Positions 48,182-61,014 of a DNA stretch of 64,000 nt are shown piece by piece (the stretch's first letter is position 1; every line of letters starts with the position of its first letter). Below the pieces are notes generated by a model. It searched no databases. It had not been told where the DNA came from and saw only the letters and a list, made by a program, of their open reading frames with translations. Source of the DNA: a candidate division FCPU426 bacterium (GTDB lineage Bacteria > Oederibacteriota > Muellerivitia > Muellerivitales > Muellerivitaceae); the NCBI GenBank assembly GCA_963830915.1, contig CAWHOE010000046.1, forward strand, positions 85,358 to 149,357, given 5' to 3'. The position numbers and the translations under genes were made by a program.

Positions 48182-51100
48182 TTAAACTTCATTTGAGAAA
48201 TAGGCCTGCAGCGACTTCACCTTGATGTCCCTTTTCTTCAGGGCCTCGATGCCGTTGGCGGCCGCGGCGCAAGCCGAAAGGGTCGTGATGCAGGGAACGT
48301 TGTAGACGACCGCGGCGCGGCGGATCTGGAAATCGTCCGAACGGGGCCCCTTCCCCGCCGGGGTATTCATGATGAGCTGGACGCCATGATTCTTGATCAG
48401 GTCCACCACGTTGGGCCGGCCTTCATGGACCTTCCGCACCACCGTCACTTCCAGCCCGTTGCTGGTCAAGGCCTGGGCCGTTCCCTCGGTAGCGACCAAT
48501 TTGAAACCCATGTCGCTCAAACGTTTGGCGATGAAGATGACCGAGCGCTTATCCTTGTTCTTGACCGACACGAACACCGTTCCCTTCAGGGGCAGCGACG
48601 AGTTGGCGGCCATCTGGCTCTTGGAGAAAGCCATGCCGAAGTCCTGGTCCAGACCCATGACCTCGCCGGTGGATTTCATTTCCGGTCCCAGGACCGTATC
48701 CACACCCGGGAACCGGTTGAAGGGGAACACCGATTCCTTCACCGCGATATGCTTCAGATAAGCCACTTCCTTGACGCCGAGCTGGGCGATGGTTCTTCCC
48801 GCCATGACCCTGACCGCGACCTTGGCCCAGGGGGTGCCGGTAGCCTTGGAAACGAACGGCACGGTCCGGGAAGCCCTCGGATTCACTTCCAGCACGTAGA
48901 CCATGTCATTCTTGATGGCGTATTGGACGTTCATCAGACCCTTGACCTTCAGGGCCAGGGCCATTTCCTTGGTGTATTTGCGGATATTGGCGATCTGGTC
49001 TCCCCGCAGGGTATAGGGCGGGATGACGCAGGCCGAGTCTCCCGAATGCACCCCCGCTTCCTCGATATGTTCCATGATGCCCGCGATCAACACTTCTTTC
49101 CCGTCGCAGATACAATCCACGTCCACTTCCAACGCGTCCTCTAGGAAATGGTCGATCAGGATGGGCAGGTTGGGAGCGGCTTCGGCCGCCCGCAGGACGA
49201 AATCGTCCAGGGCCGACTCGTCATAGGCGATCTCCATGGCCCTGCCCCCCAGCACATAGGAAGGACGGACCATGACCGGGTAACCCACCTTGCGGGCCAC
49301 CGGTTTGGCTTGTTTGACGTTCATGGCGATCCCGTTGTCCGGATGGCGGATCTTGAGGCGCCGCAGCATGGCCCCGAAAAGCTTGCGATCCTCGGCGATA
49401 TCGATGGATTCGGGCGAGGTGCCGATGATGGGAGCCCCGGCTTTTTTGAGCGGGACCGCCAGTTTCAAAGGCGTCTGGCCCCCGAATTGGACGACCACAC
49501 CCTTCGGGTTCTCCCGGTCCATGATGTTCATCACGTCCTCGAAGGTCAGGGGCTCGAAATAAAGGCGGCTGGAGGTGTCGTAGTCGGTCGAGACGGTCTC
49601 CGGGTTGTTGTTGACCATGATGACCTCGTAGCCGTCGGCTTTGAGAGCGAAGGCCCCATGGACGCAGCAATAATCGAACTCGATACCCTGGCCGATGCGG
49701 TTGGGTCCGCCTCCCAGGATCATGATCTTTTCCTTGTCCGTCGGGAGGGCTTCCAGGTCCTTGCCCTCGAAGGAGGATTTGCCAAGCTCGTAGGTCGAGT
49801 AGAGATAGGGCGTGAAGGCCTCGAACTCGGCGGCGCAAGTATCCACCATCTTGTAAACCGGGGTGACCTTCAGGGATTTACGGTATTGACGGACTTCGGT
49901 CTCCTTGACCCCGCACAGGAACGACAATTGAGCGTCTGAAAAACCGAGGGCTTTGGCCCGACGTAACAGCTCAAGGGGAAGTTTGGATTTCAGTTTTCCT
50001 TTTTTCGAGGTAACTTTCTCCAGTTCCTTTTCCAGGTCCACGATTTCCTTGAGTTCGTTCAGGAACCAGGGATCGATAGCCGATAACTTGTAGATCTTTT
50101 CCACGTCATAACCCTGCCAAAAAGCCTGGCGGATGAAAAAATGCCGTTGGGATGTGGGTTTACGTAATTGGGCGTCCAACAGGTCCAGCGGGAGGGGTTT
50201 AGGTTTGCGGGCGTTCGTCTTTTGCCAACGGCCTTCCTTGAATTCCCTGCCATCAGCCCCCAAACCGATGGTGCCGGTTTCCATGGAACGGACGGCCTTT
50301 TGATAGCTTTCCTTGAAGGTCCGGCCGATGGACATGGTCTCGCCCACGCTCTTCATCTGCGTGTTCAGGATATCCTCCGTATCGACGAACTTCTCGAAGG
50401 TGAATCGGGGGATCTTGGTGACCACGTAGTCAATGGTCGGCTCGAAGGCCGCCTTGGTATAGCGGGTGATGTCGTTGAAGAGCTCGTCCAGGGTATAACC
50501 CACGGCCAGTTTGGCCGCGATCTTGGCGATGGGGAAACCTGTCGCCTTGGAGGCCAGGGCCGAGGAACGGGAAACCCTGGGGTTCATCTCGATCATAACC
50601 ATTCGGCCCGTCTTGGGATCGATCCCGAACTGGATGTTGGATCCGCCCGTGTCCACGCCGATCTCCCGGATGCAGGCGATGGAAGCGTCCCTCATGCGCT
50701 GGAGTTCTTTATCCGTCAGGGTCTGGGCGGGCGCCACCGTGACCGAGTCCCCCGTGTGGATACCCATGGGGTCCATGTTCTCGATGGAGCAGATGATGAC
50801 CACGTTGTCCTTGAGGTCCCGCATGACTTCCATCTCGAATTCTTTCCAGCCTAACACCGACTCTTCGACCAGACATTGATGGATCGGGGAAAGATCCAAA
50901 CCCTTCGCGAGCGTTTCCTCGAACTCTTGCCGGTTGTAAGCGATACCGCCGCCCGTACCACCCAAGGTGAAGGCGGGGCGGATGATGATGGGATAACCGT
51001 TTGTCTCAGCGAATCCCAAACCCTCTTCCAGTGTTTTTACGGTGAGAGAATTGGGAAGATCCAGCCCGATCTTCAACATGGCCTCTTTGAATAACTGGCG

Positions 51101-51484
51101 GTCCTCCGCCTTTTTGATGGCGGCCAGGTTAGCGCCGATCAATTCGACCTTGAATTCGTTCAAGGTGCCGTTCTCGGCCAGGGCCACCGCGGCGTTCAAC
51201 GCCGTCTGCCCGCCCAGCGTGGGGAGCAAGGCCTGGGGACGTTCTTTCTCGATGATCTTCCGGATGATCTCGGGTGTGATGGGTTCGATGTAGGTGCGGT
51301 AGGCGAATTCCGGGTCCGTCATGATGGTGGCGGGGTTGGAATTGATGAGGATGACATCGTAGCCTTCCTCTTTCAGGGCCTTACAGCCCTGGGTACCCGA
51401 ATAGTCGAACTCGCAGGCCTGGCCGATGATGATGGGACCGGCCCCGATGACGAGGATCTTTTTGATGTCAGTGCGTTTTGGCAT
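48182..51484 (-). CDS. carB: Carbamoyl-phosphate synthase large subunit
   Basis: [30 protein letters not shown]; duplicated ATP-grasp; MGS tail. Confidence 0.99.
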   Translation of the reverse strand: MPKRTDIKKILVIGAGPIIIGQACEFDYSGTQGCKALKEEGYDVILINSNPATIMTDPEFAYRTYIEPITPEIIRKIIEKERPQALLPTLGGQTALNAAVALAENGTLNEFKVELIGANLAAIKKAEDRQLFKEAMLKIGLDLPNSLTVKTLEEGLGFAETNGYPIIIRPAFTLGGTGGGIAYNRQEFEETLAKGLDLSPIHQCLVEESVLGWKEFEMEVMRDLKDNVVIICSIENMDPMGIHTGDSVTVAPAQTLTDKELQRMRDASIACIREIGVDTGGSNIQFGIDPKTGRMVMIEMNPRVSRSSALASKATGFPIAKIAAKLAVGYTLDELFNDITRYTKAAFEPTIDYVVTKIPRFTFEKFVDTEDILNTQMKSVGETMSIGRTFKESYQKAVRSMETGTIGLGADGREFKEGRWQKTNARKPKPLPLDLLDAQLRKPTSQRHFFIRQAFWQGYDVEKIYKLSAIDPWFLNELKEIVDLEKELEKVTSKKGKLKSKLPLELLRRAKALGFSDAQLSFLCGVKETEVRQYRKSLKVTPVYKMVDTCAAEFEAFTPYLYSTYELGKSSFEGKDLEALPTDKEKIMILGGGPNRIGQGIEFDYCCVHGAFALKADGYEVIMVNNNPETVSTDYDTSSRLYFEPLTFEDVMNIMDRENPKGVVVQFGGQTPLKLAVPLKKAGAPIIGTSPESIDIAEDRKLFGAMLRRLKIRHPDNGIAMNVKQAKPVARKVGYPVMVRPSYVLGGRAMEIAYDESALDDFVLRAAEAAPNLPILIDHFLEDALEVDVDCICDGKEVLIAGIMEHIEEAGVHSGDSACVIPPYTLRGDQIANIRKYTKEMALALKVKGLMNVQYAIKNDMVYVLEVNPRASRTVPFVSKATGTPWAKVAVRVMAGRTIAQLGVKEVAYLKHIAVKESVFPFNRFPGVDTVLGPEMKSTGEVMGLDQDFGMAFSKSQMAANSSLPLKGTVFVSVKNKDKRSVIFIAKRLSDMGFKLVATEGTAQALTSNGLEVTVVRKVHEGRPNVVDLIKNHGVQLIMNTPAGKGPRSDDFQIRRAAVVYNVPCITTLSACAAAANGIEALKKRDIKVKSLQAYFSNEV

Positions 51485-52677
51485 TATGAATTTTTCTCCA
51501 CGAGACTTTTGAATTGTTTGAATAAGTAACTCGCGTCATGGGGCCCGGGTGAGGCTTCCGGATGGTATTGAACGCTGAAGACCGGTTTCTTCCTCATTTC
51601 CATCCCCTCGCTGGTGTTATCGCTCAGGTTGATATGGGTCGGCAGGACTTCTTCCTTATTCAGGCTCTCGTTCTGGACGCAAAACCCGTGGTTCTGGCTG
51701 GTGATCTCGACCTTTTGGGTGAGTGTGTTGATGACCGGCTGGTTCCCGCCCCGATGGCCGAACTTAAGTTTGTAGGTCTTCCCTCCCAGGGCTAGCCCGA
51801 GGATCTGGTGTCCCAGGCAGATGCCGAAGATGGGAACGTTCTTGGAGATCAACTGCCGGACCGTCTCGATGACATAAGGGACGCCTTCCGGGTCACCCGG
51901 GCCGTTGGAAAGGAACACGCCCTTGACGCCTTCAGCTAACAGGGCCTCAGGGCCTGTGGTGGCGGGATAGACCGTCACATCGAAACCCTGCGCCGTCAAT
52001 TTTCGCAGGATGTTGTATTTCATCCCGCAATCCAGGGCCGCGATCTTGATCATGGGTTGGCTAGATCCCTTGGTTATGTCCTGGAGCTTCATTTGCTCTT
52101 CCGCGGTGGACTGTCGACCGTCGACCGCCGACCGATCCAAGTCGTAAGGCAGTTCGGTCCAGTGATAGGGCTTATCGATGGTGACCTCTTTCACCAGGTC
52201 CCGCCCGATGAGGCCCGGGCTATCCTTGGCCTGCTTTACCAGTTTCTTGGGGTCCAGTTCAGTCGTGGAAAGGACGCCTTTTTTCGCCCCGAATTGACGA
52301 AGATGGGAAGTCAGTGCCCTGGTATCGATGCCTTCAATACCGATGATTTTGTTCTTTTTTAGGTAGTCGCCCAGCGTCATGGTCATGCGGTAGTTGGAGG
52401 GATGTTTGCAATATTCCCGTACGATGAACCCTTCCACGAAGGGTTTGCGGGATTCTATATCCACTGGATTCACGCCCACGTTGCCGATGAGGGGATAGGT
52501 CATGGTGACCATCTGGCCCTTATAGGAAGGGTCGGTCAGTATTTCCTGGTAACCCGTCATGGAGGTGTTAAAAACGACCTCGCCGAAAGATTTTCCTTCC
52601 GCCCCAAAAGATAAGCCTTCGAACCACGTCCCGTCTTCAAGGGCAAGAACCGCCCTCTTCGCCTTATTGGATTTCAT
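51484..52677 (-). CDS. carA: Carbamoyl-phosphate synthase small subunit
   Basis: [47 protein letters not shown]. Confidence 0.98.
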   Translation of the reverse strand: MKSNKAKRAVLALEDGTWFEGLSFGAEGKSFGEVVFNTSMTGYQEILTDPSYKGQMVTMTYPLIGNVGVNPVDIESRKPFVEGFIVREYCKHPSNYRMTMTLGDYLKKNKIIGIEGIDTRALTSHLRQFGAKKGVLSTTELDPKKLVKQAKDSPGLIGRDLVKEVTIDKPYHWTELPYDLDRSAVDGRQSTAEEQMKLQDITKGSSQPMIKIAALDCGMKYNILRKLTAQGFDVTVYPATTGPEALLAEGVKGVFLSNGPGDPEGVPYVIETVRQLISKNVPIFGICLGHQILGLALGGKTYKLKFGHRGGNQPVINTLTQKVEITSQNHGFCVQNESLNKEEVLPTHINLSDNTSEGMEMRKKPVFSVQYHPEASPGPHDASYLFKQFKSLVEKNS

Positions 52678-52691
52678 TCCTAACCCCTGTT

Positions 52692-53972
52692 TTATTCCGC
52701 CTGGTACTTCACAACCCCGTTCACGATGGTCGTCACTGGCCACCCTTTTAGATCCCATCCGTTGAAGGGAGTGTTCCGGCCCTTGCTCTTGAATTGGTTC
52801 GCGTCGACTTTTTTCGATGTCTTGATATCAAAGATGGCGACGTCGGCTGCGACACCCTCGGATAGCGTTCCCTTATTGATGCCCACGATCTTGGAAGGTG
52901 CCGTCGTCAGGAGTTCGATGGCCCTGGAGAGGGAAACCACTCCCGGCTCCACCAGATGGCTATAGGTAAGCGCGAAGAGGGTTTCCAACCCCACGATGCC
53001 GAAAGAAGCCTCGTCGAACTCGCATTGTTTCTCGGTAGAGGAATGAGGCGCGTGATCGGTCGCGATACAATCGATCACCCCTTCCTTCAGTCCTTTACGG
53101 ATGGCCGCCACATCCTCTTTGCTTCGAAGGGGAGGGTTCATCTTGAAGTTGGTGTTGTAGTTCTTGATGGACTTGTCCGAAAGGCTCCAGTAATGGGGCG
53201 CCGTCTCGGCGGTCACATTGAGGCCTTTTTTCTTGGCCTGTCGTACCAGTTCCACCGACCCGGCCGTGGAAAGGTGGGCCACATGGAACCTGGCCCCGGT
53301 CATTTCAGCCAGCATGATGTTGCGAGCGACCATGACGGTCTCCGAAACCGCCGGGATGCCCCGCAGGCCCAGGAGGGTAGCCGCGTATCCCTCGTTCATC
53401 ACCCCGTTATTGGAGAGGTTCATATCCTCGCAGTGATCGATGACCACCAGATCCTGCATCTTGGCGTATTCCATGACTCGGCGCATCAGCTCGGCGTTCA
53501 TGATGGGAGCGCCGTCATCGGACAGGGCCACCGCCCCGGCCCTTTTCAGTTCCCCGATCTCGGCCATCTCAGTGCCTTCCCGATGTTTGGAGATGCAACC
53601 CACTGGGAAAACATGGCAAAAGCCCTCTTTCTCGGCTTTGGCCTTGATGAAGTAAACGATGGCCTGATCGTCGATCGGCGGGTTGGTATTGGGCATGCAG
53701 GCCACCGAGGTGACCCCTCCCGCCACCGCGGCCTGGGTGCCGGAAGCGATGGTTTCTTTATATTCAAACCCCGGCTCACGAAGATGAACGTGGATGTCGA
53801 CCAACCCAGGTGTCACCAATTTTCCCTTGGCGTCCAGGACCTGATCGGCTTTGGCCTTCAAGCCCTTGCCCACCTTGGCGATCTTACCGTCTTGGATGAG
53901 GATATCCGCCTCACCGTCCAGCTGGTTGGCGGGATCCACCACATGGCCATTTTGGATCAACATACTTTTCAC
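52692..53972 (-). CDS. pyrC: Dihydroorotase
   Basis: [38 protein letters not shown]. Confidence 0.97.
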   Translation of the reverse strand: MKSMLIQNGHVVDPANQLDGEADILIQDGKIAKVGKGLKAKADQVLDAKGKLVTPGLVDIHVHLREPGFEYKETIASGTQAAVAGGVTSVACMPNTNPPIDDQAIVYFIKAKAEKEGFCHVFPVGCISKHREGTEMAEIGELKRAGAVALSDDGAPIMNAELMRRVMEYAKMQDLVVIDHCEDMNLSNNGVMNEGYAATLLGLRGIPAVSETVMVARNIMLAEMTGARFHVAHLSTAGSVELVRQAKKKGLNVTAETAPHYWSLSDKSIKNYNTNFKMNPPLRSKEDVAAIRKGLKEGVIDCIATDHAPHSSTEKQCEFDEASFGIVGLETLFALTYSHLVEPGVVSLSRAIELLTTAPSKIVGINKGTLSEGVAADVAIFDIKTSKKVDANQFKSKGRNTPFNGWDLKGWPVTTIVNGVVKYQAE

Positions 53973-54907
53973 GAGTTCTCTCCCTGTGTTTTCTCGCCCT
54001 GAAGCAGGTAAAGGACAGCCATTCGCACAGCCACCCCATTGGTGACCTGTTCATCGATGACCGAAGCCGGACCATCGGCGACGCCAGAGGATATCTCCAA
54101 GCCCCGATTCATGGGGCCGGGATGCATGACGATGGCGTCCTTTTTCGCTCTCTTGAGTCTTTCACTCGTCACGCCATAGAGCATGGAATATTCGCGGATC
54201 GTGGGGAACAGGTTCTTTTTCTGTCTTTCCAGTTGGAGCCGGAGCACATAGACCACATCCGAGCCTTCCAGGGCTTTGTCCAGGTCGTAGAAAATCTCCA
54301 CACCCATCTTTTCGATCCCCATCGGCAAGAGGGTCGGCGGGGCGCAAAGACGGACCTTGGCGCCCAGCTTGGTCAATCCATAGATGTCCGAACGGGCCAC
54401 CCGGCTGTGGGTGATGTCCCCGATGATGGTCACGGTCAGCCCGGCGATGCTTCCCTTATGCTCGCGGATGGTGAAAAGATCCAGCAGGCCCTGGGTGGGA
54501 TGCTCATGAGCCCCGTCCCCCGCGTTGATGACCGAAGCGTGGGTGACGTTGGCCAACATCTGGGGCACGCCTGAGGCTTTGTGCCGCACCACGATAGCGT
54601 CGATGGTCATGGACTCCAATGTTTTCAAGGTGTCAATGAGGGTTTCTCCCTTCACGAGCGAGGAGGACGCGGTCTGAACGTTCAGGATATCGGCGCTAAG
54701 GCGCTTGGCCGCCAGCTCGAAGGAAGTGCGGGTGCGGGTGGAGGGTTCGTGGAAGAAAAGCACGACGGTCCGTCCCCGAAGCGCGGGGACCTTCTTCACC
54801 GACCGAGTGGAAACTTCCTTGAAGGAATTGGCCGTATCAAGGACATGGGTGATCTCCTCGGCCGAAAGGTCCTCAAGGGTGAGTAGATCCTTGGATTTCC
54901 AGCTCAT
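53969..54907 (-). CDS. pyrB: Aspartate carbamoyltransferase catalytic subunit
   Basis: [43 protein letters not shown]. Confidence 0.98.
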   Translation of the reverse strand: MSWKSKDLLTLEDLSAEEITHVLDTANSFKEVSTRSVKKVPALRGRTVVLFFHEPSTRTRTSFELAAKRLSADILNVQTASSSLVKGETLIDTLKTLESMTIDAIVVRHKASGVPQMLANVTHASVINAGDGAHEHPTQGLLDLFTIREHKGSIAGLTVTIIGDITHSRVARSDIYGLTKLGAKVRLCAPPTLLPMGIEKMGVEIFYDLDKALEGSDVVYVLRLQLERQKKNLFPTIREYSMLYGVTSERLKRAKKDAIVMHPGPMNRGLEISSGVADGPASVIDEQVTNGVAVRMAVLYLLQGEKTQGENS

Positions 54908-55452
54908 GGTTCACCCTCCATGATGAGGACTTCGTCAGAACCATCCTTTTCCTTGACCTTCACTAGAACCTCTTCTTTTTGGGAGGAGGGAATGTTCTTT
55001 CCCACATAATCGGCATGGATGGGGAATTCCCGATGGCCCCGATCCACCAGAACCGCCAAGCGGATGGCGATGGGCCGTCCGAAGTCGATGATATGGTCGA
55101 TGGCCGCGCGCGCGCTTCGACCGGTATAAAGAACGTCATCCACCAGGACTACCTTCTTGTTCGTGACATCAAAAGGAAGGTCGGTGCCCTCGGGAGCCTT
55201 CCCGGGCTTGTGGGTGCCGGCGTCATCGCGGTAAAAGGTGATATCCAGGGCTCCCCAGGGGACTTCCGTGCCCTCAATGGCCTTGATCTTATTGGCCAAC
55301 CTTTCCGCCAACACTTCCCCGCGGCTTTTAATGCCCACCAATACGAGGTTTTGCGTGCCTTTATTGCGTTCTAGGATCTCATGGGCGATCCGGGTGAGAG
55401 CCCGATCCATATCCTGGGCTTCAAGAATTCGGGCCTTGATCTTGGTGGTCAT
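54904..55452 (-). CDS. pyrR: Bifunctional pyr operon attenuation regulator / uracil phosphoribosyltransferase
   Basis: [48 protein letters not shown]. Confidence 0.97.
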   Translation of the reverse strand: MTTKIKARILEAQDMDRALTRIAHEILERNKGTQNLVLVGIKSRGEVLAERLANKIKAIEGTEVPWGALDITFYRDDAGTHKPGKAPEGTDLPFDVTNKKVVLVDDVLYTGRSARAAIDHIIDFGRPIAIRLAVLVDRGHREFPIHADYVGKNIPSSQKEEVLVKVKEKDGSDEVLIMEGEP

Positions 55453-55489
55453 GGTTTGACCCCCACTTTATCCGGGGATTTTTGGGCAT

Positions 55490-55527
55490 AAAAAAACCCC
55501 TTCGATCCGCCAATGGAATGAAGAGGC
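55490..55527 (-). terminator. pyr leader attenuator terminator
   Basis: Minus strand GCCTCTTCATTCC-ATTGGC-GGATCGAAGGGGT followed by a T-tract, just upstream of pyrR. Confidence 0.8.
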
Positions 55528-55573
55528 ATTTGGGTAAATTCAGTTTTATTACAAGCGTATTTCACTTTTGTTT

Positions 55574-55605
55574 CCTTTAGGGTCTCTCAGGACCCTTCTT
55601 AAAGG
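55574..55605 (-). promoter_or_regulatory. PyrR-binding stem-loop (anti-antiterminator)
   Basis: Minus strand CCTTTAAGAAGGGTCCTGAGAGACCCTAAAGG fits the CUUUAA...GUCCNGNGAG...AAGG PyrR-site pattern. Confidence 0.88.
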
Positions 55606-55613
55606 CTGAGTGG

Positions 55614-55641
55614 ATTATAACCGGTATGGTTCTTGTGTCAA
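55614..55641 (-). promoter_or_regulatory. Sigma70-type promoter of the pyr operon
   Basis: TTGACA (55641-55636), 16 bp, TATAAT (55619-55614). Confidence 0.85.
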
Positions 55642-55894
55642 GACCCTTGCCCGAGCTAAAAATATAAAATGGCTATGATTTTTTTAAAATCGAGAAAGCC
55701 CAGTCTCGTATCATCTAATGAATTTGGTCGCATATTTGAAAAGGTATTTTGAAATCAAACCCATTGGGGATTTCTTTTCCCGGCCGCCCCAGAACCATTT
55801 AATTGAAACAAATTTTCTTTTCGAGTAACGCCGTGAATGTTAAGCTGTTTTTGAGTTTATTCGCATCGGTTCCGCTCAACTTCTTTACATCCCG

Positions 55895-57975
55895 ATGATA
55901 CTATTTCCCTCTCAGGCCCCGGAAATTATGAGCCCTGAATCTAAATCTCCTGAAACTAAACATAATGTCCATAATTCTGCGATTTGGTTTTTTCAGCCAA
56001 GTTGGTTCCATTTTTATTTTTTTTTAATTGTTAACATTCTGATGTCCCACATTTCCCCGCCTCAACCAATTAATTGGTGTATCGCATTGTGCCTCATTAT
56101 TTTTCCATTCCTTTATGGATTAAAACAAATTTCCGATAATGAAAAACAGAAGGATTGGGATTGGTCTATTTCATTTCCCCCTTTATCCTCTTGGTCGATT
56201 CTCCTCCTAGTTTTTCTCGCTTTCTTCCTACGTTTCTATCGATTAACTTCCATTGTCACTTGGCCGTCTTTCGATGAGGCAATGTTCGGCTATCTCGCCC
56301 AAGACCTTTCAAAGGGGTGGCATTTTAAATTTTTCTACGGGATTGGACAAATCCCCCCCATGTTCATTTGGTTTTTGGCGGCCATCTTCAAAGTATTCGG
56401 GATATCCTTATCCAGTCTATGGTTAGCACCGGCAATACTTTCCGCGGCCACACTACCTTTGGTTTTTTTTACAGCTCTCAAGTTTTTCGGCCGCTCAACA
56501 GCCTATTTCTTGGTTTTCCTTTGGTCTTTCAGTTTTTGGCCACTTTACGAAGGACGTTATTGTGTCCAATACGCCCTTTATATGTTTTGGATTTGGCTAA
56601 CTCTGCTTATCCTCGGTATATTTATCCGCGCAACCTCTCAGCTCAGTCTTTTTGGAAGTATTATTGCCTTAAGTGTTGCCACTGGCTTGGGATTTTACGT
56701 AAGTACCGGCTGGCCTTTAGTTGCCTTGGCTATTACAAGCAGTCTTTTATATTTTACAAAAACCAGGATCAAATTTTTCATTACATATTCTTCCATCACC
56801 TCTATCCTCGGTCTTCCACTAGTCGTTTTATTCTTCCGAAAAGAATATGGACTCTACATTCACAATCTCTGGGCTTTTGATAAAGGAGGCGACCTATCAA
56901 GCCATTTTTCAAATAGTTATCTCTATCTATCGGGGCTTTTTTGGGGAATACCCAAAGAATATATGGTTTCTTCTTACGGCCCTGCTTGGGGTGGTATGCT
57001 CAACTGCATCTTAGGCGCTTTTTTTTTCGTGGGTCTAATGTGTCTATTCAGGAACATTAATCGGACTTGGGCAAAATTTTGCGTCGCGTTTTTACCCTTG
57101 CTTTTTATTCCCGCATTTTTGACCAAGGACCTTGAATTTTTTAGGGTGTTCCAAATCCTACCGCTTCTTTTTTTCGTGATTTTTTTGGGATTTCAACATC
57201 TTTTAAATAATTCCCCAACTAGGAAAAAACAAATAGCGATATTAGTCTGCCTTGCGCTTTCGGTAAGCCTGGATGTTTATCACCTATATGGTCCTTGTGT
57301 AAAAACCGCAATGTCCGAAAGCGCTTGGCCTTATAAAGACAATCGCCGATACCAGTCCTTTCACATCTTAAACAATATCCAAAGAGCAGCGGGGCCTGGT
57401 TTAATCTTTGATAAATTTCAAAGTATCATCCAAACAGGAATGACCCAAAAATATTCGGATCAAAGTCTTTCCATTGCGGCATATTCGTTCAACGCGTTGG
57501 ACAACCATTCCATTTCCATGAAAGATGTGCGCTGGGTCGCAGTCATTTGCGACGCGCCTTATCAAACCTACTTAACAAAAATATTCCCAGATGGAATCTG
57601 GTATCCGGTTTCTTCGACTCCGGATAACTGGGACCAAACCGCGATGTTGGAGATAATTCCCTATTCCAAAAAATACCGCAATATTTTCAATTACTGGATC
57701 GCGGCCGATCAAGGATATCGGCAAGTAGTCAAGGAGATGTTGGATCATGTTGACGGACAATCGAATGAACCTATTTATCGATCCCTGTTTAAAATGTACC
57801 CCTTAGTTCAAGGGAACCCTTTTTTGGAAGCAGGATTTTGGAATAAGATAGCCCGATTTAATTTACGTTTGGACGCTCCATTCATAGTAAATAGCAATAT
57901 TCTAAATCTTTATAAGCCCAATGATTTTTCCTTGGATCCCGATCATTATCATTTAGCATATATCTATGGTTGTAC
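55895..57975 (+). CDS. GT-C (ArnT/PMT, GT39/GT83-like) multi-TM glycosyltransferase, AT-rich; 3' end truncated at the junction
   Basis: AFFLRFYRL...SFDEAM lumenal DE motif, PP.F.W, many TMs. The ORF extension to 58336 is read-through into foreign DNA. Confidence 0.8.
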
Positions 57976-59098
57976 GGGATTGGCCTGGTTTCTTGCAAGT
58001 TCACGGCCGTGCTCCTTCCGCCTCTGCTCGGCCTGGTTTGGTGGGTCGACCTCTAGCGAATTCGGGCCAATCGCCGGTCGCGGCCGCGTTACGGGTCGGT
58101 CGAAGCATCGTCAGCTTCGGTCGGCGGTCATGATCGTCGCCGACCTGGCGGCCACCGGGTTCGCCACCTTGCCCCTCGTGCACGAGGTGGGCAAGAACCA
58201 CCCCAGTCTCGACGCGACATTCCACCGCTGGCCCGCTGATTCGGTCGTCTCGGGCGCGGGTCGCGAAAATCCCTGTGCCACAGGACTGGGTCGGATTGAC
58301 CACGCAGATGCTCCACCAGCGATCCGGAGGACCTAGCTATCTTCTGGGCGAGCAGGAGAGAGGATGGTGGTACTATTACCTGGTCGCCAGTGCCGTGAAG
58401 GTGCCCCTGTCGTTCCTTGCCCTGCTGGCGGCGCGTGCCCGCGCTGAGTCGTCGGCTCAAGGGCTCCGGCGAGGCTGATGTTGCCCCTCCTGCTCGCCAT
58501 GTTCCTCGCTGTGACCGCCGCGGCTCGTCTCGCAACTACGGAGTCCGCTACCTCTACCCATGGCGACCTTGGCGATCGTCTGGGTCTCCGGGATGGAGAG
58601 CGGAAGGGCTGGCCCCGGGCCGTCGCCTGGTCGGCGGTTGTCGCGCAGGCGTTTGCGGTCGCGTCGGAGGGGCCACCCGAATGAATTAACGTATTTTAAT
58701 TCATTCGTGGGAGACAGACTGGCGGTCGCGCGGTGCTGGCCGACTCGAACCTCGACTGGGGCCAGGGGCTCAAGGCGATCGCTCGCCTTCAGGACGGTCG
58801 GCCCGAGCTGAAAGACCTGACCCTTTATTACTTCGGTGACGAACACACCGCGGACTACCGCGTGGCCGGAAAACGCCATGTGAGATGCGGGGGAGTTGCA
58901 TCCCGGCCTGCCCGAGCGGTTCGAGGCGTCGACGGAGTACGTCGCCGTCTCAGCATCGCTTCAGCACGGACCATGGGGCCCGGCGGGCTTCTTTGCGCCG
59001 CTTGAGGGGTTCGTCCGGTCGCCATGACGGACGACACGACGATCGCCGTTTACCGCTCGGCCGATGTTTTGCGGCCTCGCGTGGTTCGAAACCGGGTA
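57976..59098 (+). pseudogene. C-terminal part of a different GT-C glycosyltransferase, GC-rich, multiply frameshifted
   Basis: Fragments across frames: CKFTAVLLPPLLGLVWW, SYLLGE..GWWYYYLVA..VKVPL, NYGVRYL, HPNELTYFN, LADSNLDWGQGLK, YYFG. Confidence 0.7.
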
Positions 59099-59684
59099 TT
59101 AGAGGTCGCGGCCGCGGGTGAGTCGTTCCTCCAGGCCGTCGGCGATCACGCCGGCGATTCCCGCACCAGGCCCCCGGCGTCGAGTCGCTCGACCGACTCG
59201 GCGGGCAGATTCTCGATCACCACGAAATACTCCTCGCCGCGAAGCTGACGGATGGCGAAATGCCCCTCGACCGTTCGCCGTTGAGCTTCAAAAGGATCGC
59301 GCGTCGCGGTCGCTGGCGGGACCGCAGACCGACACGAGCAGAGGATCGAGCGGCCCTCCGGATCAGTCCCCGCGTATCCGGCGTAAACCGCCTGCTTGCG
59401 GTCGAGTTGGAGTGGCACGGTCAGGCTCCAGCCATGACGGGAAGGTCCCGCCTCGAAGCCGGGCGCTGCACCAGTTCCAGGAGCAACCGCGAGGTGTCGG
59501 GGTCGGCTGGCTCCGGTGCCTCATAAGGGCCGAGGGCCTCGGCGCCGGCGACGGCGTCGGGCATGGCCGTGCCGAGGGGCAGTCCACACTCGACGCAAAA
59601 CCGCGCCGAGGGGTGATTGCTCACCGTGCAACTGGCGCACAGATAGCGGGCTGACCAGCATGAATCAAGGCCCCCGCTCATCAC
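59099..59684 (-). pseudogene. Zinc-ribbon domain protein, frameshifted
   Basis: CASC..SN...ARFCVECG at the N-terminus; further fragments DRKQAVY, GHFAIRQLRGEEYFVV, ADGLEERLTRGRDL*. Confidence 0.6.
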
Positions 59685-59742
59685 GACCGAAGACCGCCCT
59701 CGACAGTGCCCCGAGGGCGGCTCCGGCTCGACTCTTTCAGAC

Positions 59743-60357
59743 TCAGTCCAGGCTCTTGATGCGAACGTTGCGGAACCGCACGATTGACGTCGGGTCGTGA
59801 TTCTGCAAACCGACGAATCCCGAACTGCCGCGCGAGCCTTTGTAGGTGTTCACCTGCTCGCCATTGAGAACTACCGTGTAGTCCTGCCCCTTGACGGTGA
59901 TCTCGTACGTGTTCCACTCACCGGGCTTCGGGGTCGGCACCTTCTCGGGCGATTTGAAGCTGTAAATCGCGCCGGTGTGTTGCCGAGGGGGCGCATAATC
60001 GTCGATCTGAATCTCGTACCCCTCGTTCACCGCGTCCCACGGACTCTTGGGCGGATTCGGGAACCGGACGAAGACGCCCGAGTTGTTCCGCTCACCCGAA
60101 AGCTTGTACTCGAGCCTAAGGGTGAAGTCCTTGTAGGGCTGCTTGGCATACCAGAGCATGCCCATGCCGCCCGAGGCACGAGGACGCCCAGCGATTCCTC
60201 TGTGATCGAACCCGGCCCGACCTGCTTCCAGCCTGCCCTGAGGGGGTCTCCCCCCGTGTAGAGCGACCAATCCGGGGCTCCTTCTCGTCGCCCCGAGAAA
60301 CCGCGGTGGGGGCCAGGACGCGACTGCCAGAACCATCAACCATCGTCGTAGGATCAT
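59743..60357 (-). pseudogene. DUF1080 (3-keto-disaccharide hydrolase-like) protein, frameshifted near the N-terminus
   Basis: YKDFTLRLEYK, NNSGVFVR, GYEIQI, TGAIY, GEWN.YEI, GFVGLQNH, VRFRNVRIK. Confidence 0.8.
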
Positions 60358-60398
60358 CTTCCGTTTCTCCAGGGGCACCATGCGAGGTCCACGAAAAC

Positions 60399-60977
60399 TC
60401 ACTTCTCGTCAACCTTGATGGATCCGATCAGCTTGTCGAAGTCGGCCCGGGCGGCAGCCACCGTCTTTTCGGGGCCGACCATTCGAAAGGAAATAGCCGG
60501 CATCGTCGGTAATCACGATCGCGCAGGAGCCGGTAGTTCTCGCGGTCCGGCTGGACTGGGCCCCCGAAATTCGAGGGGTAGTAGTGGCCGGAAACCTCAA
60601 CGCGCCCGTGGCCTCGGTGTTCTTCCCCTTGGCCTTGGCAACCTCGGCCTTGGCCGTGTTGCCTTCCTTGTCCTTGAACATCTTCTGCCACGGCGCTCAA
60701 CGTTCGGCTCGACGCCCCCCGCCCCGCCGGGGAAGACAAAGAGGATCAACTCGGCGGGGTTCTCGTCGCCCTGCGCGGCGCCGATCTCGAACTCGGCCCG
60801 GCGCATCTGTGAACGCGGGGTGATCTTCTTCCACGCCGCGGGAGCCTGGAACACAACGCCGCCGGCATCCACGGACTGGGTCGGGCCGTCGGCACGCGCC
60901 GAAGTCGTACCAGTACGAGCAGACCGCTCAAAGCGGTCAAGGTTCGACCGGGGCGTCGTTCTCGTCGTCTGCATCAC
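60399..60977 (-). pseudogene. Conserved hypothetical exported protein, frameshifted
   Basis: Fragments join to AGGVVFQAPAAWK..PRSQMRRAEF...GGVEPNVERWQKMF...VEVSGHY...NYRLL.AIV...MVGPEKTV...KVDEK*. Confidence 0.6.
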
Positions 60978-61014
60978 ACATCTCTCCTTGAAGGTCGTCT
61001 ACCGCTGGGTTAGG

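Noticed and set aside
57976..58336. C-terminal extension of the 813-aa glycosyltransferase ORF
   Set aside because: Out-of-frame read-through into compositionally foreign DNA.
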